Below, in pieces: positions 1 through 13,792 of a stretch of 64,000 nucleotides of DNA. This stretch comes from Octopus sinensis (taxonomy: Eukaryota): assembly GCF_006345805.1 (NCBI RefSeq), contig NC_043002.1, forward strand, positions 7,192,001 to 7,256,000, written 5' to 3'. The position numbers were made by a program, and so were the translations under genes. The notes below the pieces were generated by a model. The model was not told the DNA's origin, did not search any database, and saw nothing but the letters and a program-made list of their open reading frames with translations. The number at the start of each line of letters is the position of its first letter. Position 1 is the stretch's first letter.

Positions 1-3000
1 TCTGTTTTTGACCCTCTCTATTTATCTGTCTGTCTGTCTCTCTCTCTCTCTTTCTCTATAAGATACACATACCCGCATAGATATGCACACACTAGCACTC
101 ACACGCACAGATACGCGTAAACACATTATACATATAGCTATATCATATGCATATATATATATATATATACACACACACATATACATACACATGTATGTGA
201 GTCCTTGCACTTTTTATTGCGATTATTGTTTAGTTTCATTTTTCCTATTTTTTTCTTTTGTTTTATTACTATTATTGTTAGACCCTTAGTTTCTTGTGTT
301 ATATATCAATGTCAGTTCTATCGGGTGATGTATAGCGCGTAAAAGACATAAGTATGTTGCACTTATACAGAATATCAAAACTTAATCCTTTTATTCTGGG
401 TTTCTTTTTACCACATACTTTTTTGCGTTTTTTTTTTTTTGCTTCTTCTTGTAAATATGTATATTATTACACAAATAGTTTATTGCAGTTTTACCAATAG
501 GAAAATATTGAGTATATTAGCATCAAAATAGATACTGTAAATACTTCGTTTTCAAAATTAATATTCAGGTTTTTATCTTCCAAATGGCACTGTAGCTGTA
601 ACGTTCCTGTCTTTACAGAAAATTTATATCAAACTTCATTATGCAGTATGCTTTTCCTGATTTTAACAAGTTTTTATTTTCTACATCCTATCCTATGATT
701 TAATTGTGATTTTATTTGCTATTTCTAGCAGTTCGATTGACCACGCAGAGACCCCCTCCGTCGGTACTTTTAATTATTAAAATCTTTTTAAATGAGTTCT
801 AGTTCTAGAAATAAAGCACCTGAAGTTCGTTATATATCTAGTACTAAGATCTGGTTGTTTCTGAAATGTCGTACTCCATATCTTTCTTATCTACCTATAT
901 ATCTACTAAACTATCGTCTCGTTCATTTTATACCGTTATAAATTTGACTGCAAGGACATAAACTATAATTATAACCTTGGCGGTCTGTCGTAGAATGCAC
1001 TGTTGCGTAAAGACTGCTCCGTCAAGTTGTCACTAGAATGTCATCTGAGAAACGATTAACGGAGACCACCTCATCATGGTGAATGCTAAACAAGGCCAAG
1101 TTATGCCAGCAGCAAGAACTACAGTACACCAAGTATACGAGGTTAGTGGGGGAGTGCAATAGATTAAAAGATGTGAGGAAGAGAGAAGGAGAGGGAGAGG
1201 GAAGGAGGAATTGGAAGAGGAAGAAAAGGGTAAGCGAGAGAGATCTTAAACTGCGATTCATAGAGATTTCTGTTTTCCCGTCAGTCATAGAAAGATTATG
1301 AAATAAACATTTTAAAAAGAAACCAAGAAAGTAAAATTAAACTGTAATATCAATTTCAAAAGTTTTGGTAAAATGTCTTGGTATTTGGGTTATAGATATT
1401 TTATCGATGAAAGGCAAGATCGACATCGTGAGGATTTGGATTCAAAATAACTAAATACCACAACGCAGTTTGTTTGCCTTTCAATCCTTTTTGCCATTCG
1501 CCTTCCTAATAGTGTTGATTTTTAACATGGGCACATGATCATACATGAAGAAAACAGTGTAGTTGATTAAATTTACCCCCACTATATTACTGGTAGTTTA
1601 CTTTATCGACCTGGAATGATGACAGATAAAATCGATCAGAACGAAATTTTAGCGCCGAATACAAAGATTCTAAGTTAAATATTGGAAGGAATCTTGCTTG
1701 CCACTCTAATAGTAATCTTTCACCCTTCTCTTCCTTCCAATAGTAATAATAATAATAATAATTAGAAGAAGGAAAGAAGAAGAAGAAGAATGTTTGGTTT
1801 TAAGATGAAAGTCTAAAAACTAAATATATGAATGAAAAGAAAACAGCACTTCTACCCTCGACCCACCTCCCCCTGCAAAATATATTTTATAACAACGAGA
1901 CTAATCTAAAATTGAAATATTGAAATTATAAATTTCCAAATTATATTTCTTTGTTTTGGTAGTCAAAATGGGTAGAATTTTATGATAACAAAAGAGAAAA
2001 CTATATTTTACAAGAGAACATCATATCCTTGAATTGGAAAAAAAAATAGTGAAGAAAAGCAAAAAACATTATTTTACATGACAATTAATGTTGTCTGGTC
2101 AAAAGTCCGAATCTCTGGATGATTACTAATGGTTTACTGTAAAATAAGCCAAAATATATTTTATCATTAATGGTAGTTAGTGAAATTCTTTCAAGCTTGG
2201 CTGTCTCAAACAGACGTTTAACCTCCATTTCGTCAAACTCGATGAGAAATGTTACCACACTTATGAACTGACATTTAATTTTCATAAATATTGTCTTATT
2301 GTTCATTTTTTTTTAAATGTTTTTTCTATCTTTTAATTCAATCTTAAAACAATGAGTGATAATTCTATGGTCAGACATAACTTTGTGGTTATGAAGTTCG
2401 ATTCGGAACTGCATGGTTCACAGTTCGATCACAATGTATATCAAGTATTTTACCACGGATAAAATTTGATAGACTGCCACTGTACGAAGTCCCACTTGTT
2501 ACGAGAGAATTCGCAAAAGACGATACAATGTATTTGTCAAAATATTTTGTCATTCATTCCAAGTGGACTTTAATTTCTGTTTCACGAGATCGATGAAGTA
2601 ATTTCTAGACAAAGGATAATATTTTGTACAGCATTATCCAATGTTAGTGTTATTCTAAATGGTAGAGCAGTACTTACTTACTACATCACTACTAAGGGCT
2701 CGTTTATCCTAATGAATTTATCCCACAAGGACCGAGTCTTTTTAAAGGTGTACCTATTCAACAAGCCGATTACACTGAAACAAATTCTACACTATTTTCA
2801 TTTCTCAGTTGAAAAATACAAGAACTTGAATGAATATATGTAACTGAATAAATAAACATTTCACACTATATAAATTATCTATATCAAATTATCTATGTAA
2901 ATCACGGACACCCTGAATTCCGTGTAACTCAGACTAGGGACCGCTGTCATAGACACTGATGTATGTAATTTCTAGGATATTCTGCTGCTATTTCTTGGGG

Positions 3001-4271
3001 TTCGAGCAGCCATGTGGGTAATGAATGGAAGATATACGTACACGTTATCAGAAACACTATCTGTTTTATTTTGAAGGCTTCTCTACTACCCCCCCCCTCA
3101 CACACAATTCTGTACAATGAGAATGTAATCTATTAAGATATAAATAAGTGTATTCCTGTGAGCCAAATGTATATAAATGTATGTGTTTACTACGACATAT
3201 AAAGCCAGTGGGTTATAACTTAGCGACTAATGTCAGGCGGTGAAGAACAGCGATTAGTGATAAGAAATTAGAGGGTGGATGAATTGCTGTCATCGCCAAT
3301 ATTTAAAACTGTCTGTTAAGTAAAGTGTAAGACCACTGTAGAAGTGTGAACAAAATACAAATGGGAGAAGGAATAAAAAAATGAGAGGGGCTCGTAGAGA
3401 AAAAAATAATAAATAAATAAAATAAACGGTGTCTCCGTTAGTTATTCGGCGAAGTAGAAGAGCAGAGCTACCGACACAGTGGTCATTGCTAGTCCACCAC
3501 CCATTCACATCCATGGGGAAAAAGAAGAGTTTGATACAGATGCAGTAGGGAGAGAGAGTGTGAGAAAGTGAGAAAGATAGAGAGAGAGAGAGAGAGAGTA
3601 AGAGTGAGGCAGTGAAAAGCACCCACAGAAGTGTGAAGATTTGCTCAACTCATTTCATGGGTGGGAGGAGGGTTATCATAAACATCATTTCTTATATTGG
3701 TGTTGATAAGGGCGGAAGAGAAAACGCGAAAAAGAAAGTAAATGAAGCCAAATGGAAATAGTCGCGTGTCTCCTTGTTTTATTTTCTTAGTTAGAACTCC
3801 AGTAAAAGTTTTATTTATAAGGAACGGCAGCAATTGGTTGATAATATGTCATTCAGGCACTTTCTTTAAATACATCAACTGGCGCAAAAGTAAAAGGCGA
3901 TCTATTCCTAACAGCTTATCCCAGTTCATTAAACACAGACACGCGCAAGCAAACCGCATGCTGCATTCCACGGACAGAGGAATAACGAACTTCAAAATAT
4001 TAATAGATGGTTTGTATATAGAATGTTAATTCTAGACGAAAATACTCATAATGTAATATAGGCGTAAAAAGAAATTGCTTAATGATTTCCAAAACTATTT
4101 TATGAAAACAAAAAGTTTAATTTATGAAACATTTCTATAATACATATTGTACAGTCTACGATTATCCACATATATAGTTAATGTAATATATATTATACGT
4201 GATGTATATATACTATTAATATATGTACATACACCATATTATACATATGCGTACTGTTATATGTATATATA

Positions 4272-4316
<45 letters not shown>

Positions 4317-4319
4317 ATA

Positions 4320-4715
4320 GGGAGAATTCACAAAAAAAAAAGCAAAAGACGAAGACAGGTGGTGTAGACAAAAAACAGATGTATTAGTTTAACGCTCGGG
4401 AAGTGAAAATGTATCTAACGTTTCGAGCCTACGCTCTTTCACAGAAAGAAACAAGGAGAGAAAATAAAGAATGTGTGGTGGCTAGCGATCTATCATGGCG
4501 AATATATATATATATATAATATATATATATATATAGGGAGAATTCACAAAAAAAAAAGCAAAAGACGAAGACAGGTGGTGTAGACAAAAAACAGATGTAT
4601 TAGTTTAACGCTCGGAAGTGAAAATGTATCTAACGTTTCGAGCCTACGCTCTTTCACAGAAAGAAACAAGGAGAGAAAATAAAGAATGTGTGGTGGCTAG
4701 CGATCTATCATGGCG
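4320..4715. repeat. Tandem duplication of a ~180-bp unit separated by (TA)n
   Basis: 4320-4500 and 4536-4715 are identical except for one G (gctcgggaag vs gctcggaag). The period is 216 bp. Confidence 0.95.
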
Positions 4716-4716
4716 A

Positions 4717-4749
<33 letters not shown>

Positions 4750-4834
4750 TAATACACACACACACACACAGATGCAATATAAAGTACACACACTCAACAT
4801 ATACAGTTATATTCTTTTCTACTCTAGACACAAG

Positions 4835-5022
4835 CCCGAAATTTTAGGGGGCGGCAGTCGACTAGATTGACCCCAGTAAGCAACAGGGACTTAATTTATC
4901 GACCCCGAAAGAAAGAAAGCAAAGCCGACCTCAGCGGAATTTGAACTCAGAACGTAACGGCAGGCGAAATACTGCTAAGCATTTCGCCCGGCGTGCTAGC
5001 GTTTCTGCCAGCTCGCCGCCTT
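4835..5022 (-). mobile_element. Meta-like SINE monomer
   Basis: Same head and core as 51388-51600 in reverse orientation. Confidence 0.82.
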
Positions 5023-5633
5023 ACATATACAGTTATATTGCATTAGAAATATAGAGTTAAAGCGAAAGCATATCGTCCAGTGGTTAGGAGTGTCCAGCTT
5101 ATAATCATAATGCCGTTGGTTCTGTTCCAAAACAGGCGGGTTCATTGATCATTGAGCATGCCTTATTCTTACAATCGACTTAGATGTACATGAGTATAGC
5201 TTTCTCTGTGTCTGTCGTTCTAAATGCTTAAGAGGTTTGGTCCACATCCGCGACGTCCAGGCCCGGTGTTCGGTAAATATTAGGCATAAAATCCTTTCGA
5301 GTATATGCGATATATGGATATCAAACAGACAATTCTGGAGCTTGAGTAGAACTGATACGACAAATTCTGCTTTGTACATCGTCTCAAATGCCACCTAATA
5401 CGACAGCAGATTCCTTTTTCGACTTACTAACACAATACTAATTTGGCTTTCTTACAGTTCCCAGATATTTACGATGCACGTGCTATCATTTATATATATA
5501 TATATGTATAAAGAATTTTCATATCCACTTTGATAATTACCTTCTTGAAATTTAATTCATATTTGTCATATTTTACAACTTTGCGTTAAATCGTTTTTGT
5601 CATCGCGATTTTTTAAATTTTATAATAATAATA

Positions 5634-5670
<37 letters not shown>

Positions 5671-6053
5671 CATTATTATTATTATTATTATCATTATTAT
5701 TATTAAAATAGAAAGAAAAACAAAGCAGAAAAGACCATGTGCATGAGAAATGGATAAATTAAAATAGTGCTTTAAAAAATAAATTAAAATGGCTGATATA
5801 TTTACCGCTAACTTCAATGAGATGAAAAATTTAGCCATGCGATCCAACAACGAGAGCAGCGAATTTAAGGATTCAACTATTTTAGACCAAAGAAATGAGT
5901 AAGGTTGGAAACTAAGATAAAATAAAATAAAATAAAATAGCATAATGGTGAATGCCATTAATTTCGTTCGGTGTACTGCCTCCAATATCGACCAGACGGA
6001 TCACAACTTCCTCAAATCTAATGAGTACTGAAGATTTATCGACCGCCAGCCTA

Positions 6054-6200
6054 CTATAATTTCTTTTCATCTTCAATAAAAGGAAGCGCCTTGTTTTGGC
6101 CGATTGAATCTGTTGTCCGCAGTTCCAGTCCCGCATACACTCTTTCTACAGAATCCTCCATGCGTTTCAGAACTTTGTCGCTTTCAATTTGCGGACAAGC
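6054..6200 (-). CDS. Candidate terminal coding exon (147 nt): ACPQIESDKVLKRMEDSVERVYAGLELRTTDSIGQNKALPFIEDEKKL*
   Basis: A T-rich tract ending ttgggttag|GCT is followed by 48 open codons to TAG. GC-richer than the flanks, and in phase with the 8175-8303 exon. No homology recognised. Confidence 0.48.
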   Translation of the reverse strand, partial: ACPQIESDKVLKRMEDSVERVYAGLELRTTDSIGQNKALPFIEDEKKL

Positions 6201-6496
6201 CTAACCCAAGGCAATTGTATCAACAAATAAATAAGATAAACATAACAAGCAATAACAACACCACCAACAACAACAACATGGCTTCAAAAATTAGACAGTA
6301 AACTCTGATTAAACTGAGTGTTTGTCTATTAGACAATCAGTGCCTACTCTCCTTCATTACAACACAGACACTTTGCTCGTTAAATATATAACCAAGTTCC
6401 AGAAATGAGCATGTTTAAGTGAATATACTTGCGCTATACACACACATACATGTGTATGTGTGTGTGTGTGAGTAAAGATATATGTATACATACAAA

Positions 6497-6585
<89 letters not shown>

Positions 6586-7098
6586 ATATACATATATATA
6601 TATGTCAGATGAAAAATGTGATTGGACGCTAGAAATGAAAATTCAGTATAATGGATAATGATTTATACAACTGACAGAGAGGACAAAATACAGACACGGA
6701 TAAGTCCATTTTATTATTTAACTATTTAACATTCATTCCAGAATCACTCGGATTTCGGCGAGTGGAAAAATGTAGGTATCTATCATTTGGAAGGCTTCAG
6801 GGTTACGATTAAAAACACGTGTCTTTAAAAAAAGTCTTACGACTGTAACCAAGGCCAATTCATAAAACAAGATTAAACAAATAGGAATAAAAGCAAGGCG
6901 CATTTCGACTTAGGACGGCGACAATTGTGGAAAACTCTAGTGTTAGTAAGAAACAGAAAGTAGACATTTTGTTATACGTACACATGAACAAAGTGAGACA
7001 CGTGTCGTCAGTGTGATGATCAATGTATATATAAATATAAATTCAGAGTACAGAAACTGGAGTGCAGGTTGAATAGCCATGGTACTTGAAAAAGTTAG

Positions 7099-7135
<37 letters not shown>

Positions 7136-7327
7136 GGAAAGCATAAATAGTGCCATAAAAAAATTGCGGCAGAATATTTTTTATTTTAATTTATTTTATG
7201 CATTTAAAAAATTTTTTTTTTTATAAATATCATTGAAAAATATCGCTCTGTCTAGACAAAGTGAGTGTTGCATTGAAGCTATTAATCTACGGTTTGATAT
7301 CCTCAATGGAAATGTACTTAGTAACAT

Positions 7328-7371
<44 letters not shown>

Positions 7372-7474
7372 CATACATACAAGAATAGCACAAACGTACG
7401 CACGAGAATTTTTATCTTTATTTACGCTTCCAAAAGTACCAGAGATTGTATTTAATAAAAACAGTTCATGAGCA

Positions 7475-7518
<44 letters not shown>

Positions 7519-8174
7519 CTTGAGTGTTGTCAACAGCTTTTATTAAACAGAGAATTACAGCCTGTATGATCTCTCGAATTTCAAAAGTATGGTGCTTAGC
7601 CAAGTACTTTATTTGAACATAATAAAATATATAAAAACTAAATATTAAGAATTAAGACTGTAATGAGGACTCGAAATCTCAGAATTTTGGGGATTATTTT
7701 GATTCATATTATAATTAATTATATTCAACGGAAATACAATATATAAGTATATCATACAAATATATTCAATTAATGGTTTCATTTAATAGATTTCAACTGC
7801 CCTGAACACCACCCTTTAAGGTTTTAGTACTTTATTTTGTCCCCAGTACTTTTCGCTGTTAGGGTCGAAAGGTATATTCAATTAGAGCAGCATTTGAAGT
7901 TAGAATGTCAAAATTTGTAACGAAATGTCCAATTATTGTTTCATGATTTACCGATTCGGAAAACACACTCATATACAAACACCCACATACATGCACGGAC
8001 ATATACGTATATACATCCAAACATATGTTCATATATACATACTAATTTTCTGTTACAAATTTCATTCACAAAGATTTCGTTTATCAACCGAAGCTTACCC
8101 ATGATACTGTTCAGTGGGATTAAATCCATTTCTACGTGCTAGCAAAGGGAACTATTTTAAGGACATAGGCTTAC

Positions 8175-8303
8175 CGTTTGTATCGGTATCCAACACTCCT
8201 GAATGAAATTAAAGGCGGGTTGTCTCACATGTCTATGACATTCAGGTATCTTAACACCCAACTCTTTGAAGGAGTCATCTCTTCCTCGCAATGACCTAGC
8301 GTA
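8175..8303 (-). CDS. Candidate coding exon (129 nt, phase 0 to 0): YARSLRGRDDSFKELGVKIPECHRHVRQPAFNFIQECWIPIQT
   Basis: Acceptor tgtgttttgcttgttcgtcag|TAC and donor ACG|gtaagc. Only the phase-0 frame is open. Lies within ORF 8157..8384. No homology recognised. Confidence 0.5.
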
Positions 8304-8375
8304 CTGACGAACAAGCAAAACACATATATTGAGTGTGTGTGTGATGGATAATGCTTCCAACACTAGCGCTGCTTT

Positions 8376-8676
8376 TGGCACCATTCGAGCGTGATCATTA
8401 CCAACGTCGCCTTACTGGCACCTGTGCTGGTGGCACGTGTAAAAAGATTCGAGCGAGGTCGTTGCCAGTACTGCCTGACTGGCCCCCGTGCTGTGGTGGC
8501 ACGTAAAAAGTACCCACTACACTCTCAGAGTGGTTGGCATTAGGAAGGGCATCCAGCTGTAGAAACTCTGCCAAATCAAGATTGGAGCCTGGTGTAGCCA
8601 TCTGGTTCGCCAGCCCTCAGTCAAACTCATGCTAGCATGGAAAGCGGACGTTAAACGATGATGATGATGATGATGA
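8376..8676 (+). mobile_element. 5'-truncated SINE/LINE-tail element with an internal 64-bp tandem repeat and (GAT)n tail (V-SINE-like)
   Basis: Repeat units at 8383-8446 and 8447-8510. Contains ttggcattaggaagggcatccagctgtagaaac (V-domain-like, recalled) and ends ggacgttaaacgatgatgatg. Confidence 0.7.
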
Positions 8677-9619
8677 ATTGAATGAATATGTAGGTGGGAT
8701 GCATGTATTTATATATGTATATAAAACGAGAATAAAGTGAGGAGATAGATAAGGCCAGAAAGTAGGAACGAAGATGTAAAGAAATTGTCACTATCGCAGC
8801 AGTTGCAATGAAATGTATTTATAGAGATACGCTGTTGTTAATGGATATTTCTTTGCCTGTAGAAACTTGAGATCGCTTCCGGTAAAAGTCACTTCTTGCA
8901 TTGCTATGCATTTAATTATTGAAACATGTCCTTGTTTGTCTCCTCTGTGTTCAGCCCCTTGTGGGTAGTAAAGAAATAGGTATGATATTTGTGGCTCGTT
9001 CGTCATCGAACTCGATACAAGTATAGATTAGAGGCGCTAGAGGATGATGAGGATGCCACGTACAAGTCACAAGTTGATAAAAAAAATGCATTATCTGCAT
9101 ATTTGGCTTAAAGTTATCCTTAGCTATTTCTATTAAAGGCATGAGAAATAAGAGCGTAAGTGGTTGTGCCAAACATAAGCACCAATCCATATCGATCCAA
9201 TATTTATTGGTATTTGTAAAAATTTGATTTTCTGACAGTAGTTTAGAGGTATGAGTAGGCTAAAAGTGCTTTGCTGAATTATCATTATATAACCACAGTT
9301 GGTCCGGTAAAATGATTAATTTGTCCAGCCTTTGGAACTAAGGATACCAGAAAATCGAAGGTGTATCGGTATACATATATACTAGCAGAATCGCTAGAAC
9401 GTCGAAATAAATGTTTAGTGATATTTCCGCTTACTCTTCACGTTCTGAGTTCAGATATGGCCATGGTCAGCTTTGACTTTTATCCTTCTAATGATAAAGT
9501 GTCTGTCAAGCACTGCACTTGACATTATTGACTAATTCGTCCCCTAGAAATTATTGGCATTGCCCCTAAATTAGATACAATAACTATCATCACAATTATT
9601 GTCACTATTCATTTCATCT

Positions 9620-9775
9620 GGCTTGACGTTCTGGGTTCAAATATCACAGAGGTCGACTCGACCTTTCATCCTTCGGGATCGATAAAATAAGTTCTGGTTG
9701 AGTACTGGGGTCGATGTAATCGTCTAGCCCCTCCCCGAATGTTTTCAGGTCTTATGCCTGTAGTAGAAAGTATTA
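9620..9775 (+). mobile_element. Older Meta-like SINE with the tagtagaaag-(ATT)n tail
   Basis: gttctgggttcaaat...gtcgactcgacctttcatccttcgggatcgataaaataag...tttcaggtcttatgcctgtagtagaaagtattatt. Further decayed copies at about 9380-9490, 36810-36890, 42120-42240 and 49920-50050. Confidence 0.7.
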
Positions 9776-9781
9776 TTATCA

Positions 9782-9812
<31 letters not shown>

Positions 9813-10214
9813 TATTATTATTATTTGTCACTTTCATCATCCGAATAAATTAATATGCTTGGATATTATTGATATAAATGTGAGCTTCAAATTCTGTGTT
9901 GCAAAGTTTTGCTGTTCTACTCAGATAAATCATGACGGAGTTTGTGAACTGACTTTCTGTCTAATGTCAGTGTAAGTACTAACAATTTTAGAGATGATGA
10001 TGACGGGTGTGGTTTGGGCGACGGGAAAACCAGAGAGAGAATGGTGAGGGAGAAAGAGAGAAGGTGAGAGAGATTCAAAGACATAACTAGAATGAAAGAC
10101 AGAGAAAAAGAAGATAGACAGTAAGAGAGGGTGAGGAAAAACGAGAGTGGAAAAGTAAATTAGAAAGTGATGTTGGAGGGGGGGGGGACAAACACAGACA
10201 CAGAAACATATACA

Positions 10215-10384
10215 TATATACGATGAGCTTCTTTTAGTTTCCGTCTACCAAATCCACTCACAAGGCTTTGGTCGGCCCGAGGCTATAGTAGAAGACATTT
10301 GCCCATGGTGGCAAGCGGTGGGACTGAACCCGGAACCATGTGATTGGTAAGCAAGTTACTTACCATACAGCCACTCCAGCGCCT
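10215..10384 (-). mobile_element. CORE-like SINE, 5' half
   Basis: Reverse-complement match to 17535-17700 (ggttccgggttcagtccca...atgggcaaatgtcttctactatagcctcgggccgaccaaagccttgtgagtggatttggtagacggaaac). Confidence 0.8.
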
Positions 10385-10472
10385 ATATTTAAGAATTTTT
10401 CGTAGCTGGAACTGGCCAGCTGGCCGGAGTGGAGATTTAGAATCAAATTGATTAGTGATTCTATTCCAGTCA

Positions 10473-10507
<35 letters not shown>

Positions 10508-10652
10508 ACGCACATGGAATAAAGGGTGTATTCATTTTCTTATTATTATCATTACCGTCCTTCCCATTAACCAATACCATATAAGCTGCATTCTATTTTT
10601 CGCTTCATTTTCCAATATCTGACTCTTTTTATGTAGAATTTGTTCGACTCAC

Positions 10653-10684
10653 TAAGCCAGCTGTCTCCCAAACAGAAAGCCTAA
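10653..10684 (-). CDS. Candidate 32-nt microexon (phase 1 to 0): VRLSVWETAGL
   Basis: Long polypyrimidine acceptor ttcctctccctttacctttaatttcatacag|TT and donor TTA|gtgagt. It is the phase bridge needed between exon 14904 and exon 8303, but it is short enough to be chance. Confidence 0.3.
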
Positions 10685-10826
10685 CTGTATGAAATTAAAG
10701 GTAAAGGGAGAGGAAGGAAAAGACGAAGAGAATATTTTGTTTTCATTTGTGTGGAGTTGTTTTTTTTTTTGTTGTTGTTGTTTTAAACATACACATACAT
10801 ATAAACTCCTTGTCAAAATGATGATG

Positions 10827-10860
<34 letters not shown>

Positions 10861-11070
10861 TAACAGTAACAACAGGAGCAGTTACAACAACAATATTTTA
10901 AATTTTATAGAAGGAAAACAAAAAGAAAAATGAAGGAAAAAAAGGATATTAAAGAAATAAAGTATAAATAATAAAGAATCTATCGATGCAAAATATTCCT
11001 GATTCGCTTTTCCAGGAAGAGACCTCTGATAGAGAATTAATTCCACACACACACACACACACACACACAC

Positions 11071-11106
<36 letters not shown>

Positions 11107-12447
11107 CAAGCGGAGCATTGGATCCAGATGGCACCGTTGAACTTCGTTCTTTTCTTTTGGTAATGTCCCAATGAAAATGCCATCTCCTAAAATTTAATGA
11201 TGCCACATCCTCCTCCATAAACTACCACACTAACAGTAGTCCTTCTCATAGATTTTTATTGTTGTCAATTTAGATTGTTGTCGTAATCATTATTATTATT
11301 ATTATGGGCGGGCAATTTCGAACGACAGCACGTGTGTGTGTGTGTGTGTTTATCATCATATAAGAGTAATTGCGCCCTTCTTTGTATATATGATCATATG
11401 CGTATGCACACATACACACGCACGCAAGTATGTCCGTCCGTAGGCTTGTAGAGACTAGAAACAGACTGGGTGGGTGTGAGGCACATGCTTGATTGCACAA
11501 TAAACACAGCTACAGTTTTATTAAAACAGCAGCTTTCACCTCCTTAGTTTCATGTGGTCTATCCCTAAATAAAAACTTCTTTTGACTTGACACAAGACCG
11601 TTATGGGGTGGAAGGGAGATGACGTTTATATTATCAGCTGAATTGACTCAGTATGTCACTGGTATATTTACGTATTGTAGCAGCTTCTCTTTCCGCACTC
11701 CTATTTTTCTTGGAACAGTGAATCTCGATGTTACACATATTAGAGTAGCCGATTTAGCTTACTATGGATTAGATTTGATTTTATCGTTTTAACCCAAGAA
11801 CAGCCTTAGTCAAAACAAATCTACGACAAACGCATTCCAGCCGCGCCCATCCCATTCTATTTTCAGACAGTGAATCCAGAATATTGTGTCCAACATACTT
11901 TTCCTTAATTTTCGTATGATGAATGAGGAATGATTTTCACTGATATTAACTAGCTTTTCAAACGACCATGTGAAAAGAAACACTAAACAAGTATATGCGA
12001 TAAATAGCTGCACTGCTTTTGTATTGAGTACTTTTTCTTTGTCTGTAAACATGAACGAACTATATAAGCACACTCATCCGATGACCTATATGTGTGCGAG
12101 TGTGTGTTTGCGTACGCGCACGCACAGAGAGTTTACGGTAATAACGAAGAGGAGTTGAAGCAAAAGGGAACAAAAGTCGAAATATTTCGTCCATGACTGA
12201 ATTTCCACAATAGAGGGTTCATGTTATTTATCCGTGTGAAGTTCAACGGATTTATGACACTGCTAAAGTTCAGTGCAGAAACAAAATCTAGGAAGTTAAA
12301 TAAAATGAGAAAGATAAGGTGGAGGGAGACGGGTGACGGGGATATGGTGGAGTTTTAAGCGGCGACGAGAGTAAAACATACAGATACACACCCGTCTGTG
12401 TGTGTGTATATATGAGACAAAGAAGAGAACCAAAGGAGCAAATCAAA

Positions 12448-12489
<42 letters not shown>

Positions 12490-13497
12490 CTACTACATAA
12501 GAGTAGGAATTTTCTGAAAAATAGAAGGAAGAAAGGCAGAGAACAATGGCTGTTTGTTTGTTGCATATTGTTGTTGTTGTTGTTTTCAACAACGTTATTA
12601 TTTATTGTCAATATTGTTTTTGTGAAACAAATACTGCAAGCACCGATCTTTGGCATCAATTAATATGAGACATTAACATCAACTGCTGCTGCAGTAAGCA
12701 ATAAGATATGGGAGTTGGGATGTTGGACGGCAGTGACAACAACAACAACAATTAGAAGTAAAATGACATCAATAACAATAATAACAAGTAGGGCAATATA
12801 AAGACATACACAAAAATACGCGCACGTACACGCGCGAATACGCGGAAGTATGTGTAATAGTTTGTACAACAGTGTAAGCAAGTGTGTGTTTATGCTACAC
12901 AGTTGTGTATGCTTACATGTGTTAATAAGTATAAATATATGAATGAATACGGTAGCATCCATTTGTGTTTGCGTATGAATGAGAGAGAGAGAGGGGGGAG
13001 AAGAGAGAGAGGAGGGGATGGTGGGGTAGAAGCATTAAAAAATATGCAAGAACGGTTCAAATGGCTCGTTCGCTTCATCTGTCGACAATACCCAAAGAAT
13101 CAAGATTTGAATGAATATGAGGTGGAACAAGAAGGGGTTGTAACACACACATATGGCGGGGCGAAACTAAGGTTGCTACTGATGATGAATAATTAAATAA
13201 ATATATTGTAAGACTAGTAAAGGGGATCAGTAGCACTCGAATTTTCAAAGTTACAGTCTATATATTGTAATAAAAGCAAATTATACGAAACGATGTCATA
13301 TGTCATGTCAATTGATTTCGAACTTAAATCACAATGAGATTCTCTGGTCAATAAAGTGTATTAATCACACATAATAGAAAATACATGTAAGTACAGAGAA
13401 TATCTGATGTACTCCAGTATGGCCACAGTCTTTCGGTTGAAACGTATATAAAATAAAAGAATATATACATATTCATACATATACACATACATACATA

Positions 13498-13535
<38 letters not shown>

Positions 13536-13761
13536 TACATACACGAGTAAGTCGATACACGAAAGAAAATGGCACTCAAACATAAGAGTTACGTGTATTT
13601 TTTAGAATAGTTTTATACGGTTCCTTGCGACTTATATTTTCGTTGGCTTCTACCAGGACCTTGTTTCTTCCAAGCTTTGGATTGCCAACCTCTAACAGAG
13701 ACGTGCTTCTGTTAGAGGCCTGCGAATCTTTAAGTTACATGGAATTATACCAAACTGTCTT

Positions 13762-13792
<31 letters not shown>

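Noticed and set aside
5149-5394. 81-aa minus-strand ORF as an alternative last exon
   Set aside because: Purine-rich, weak acceptor and no recognisable motif. More likely 3' UTR or intergenic sequence.
8383-8510. Direct repeats resembling a CRISPR-like array (also 15355-15460)
   Set aside because: Only tandem units without unique spacers, inside a SINE or minisatellite, in a eukaryotic context with no cas genes.
13689-13718. 11-bp stem hairpin cctctaacaga-N8-tctgttagagg
   Set aside because: Short enough to arise by chance in 64 kb, and has no microsatellite core.
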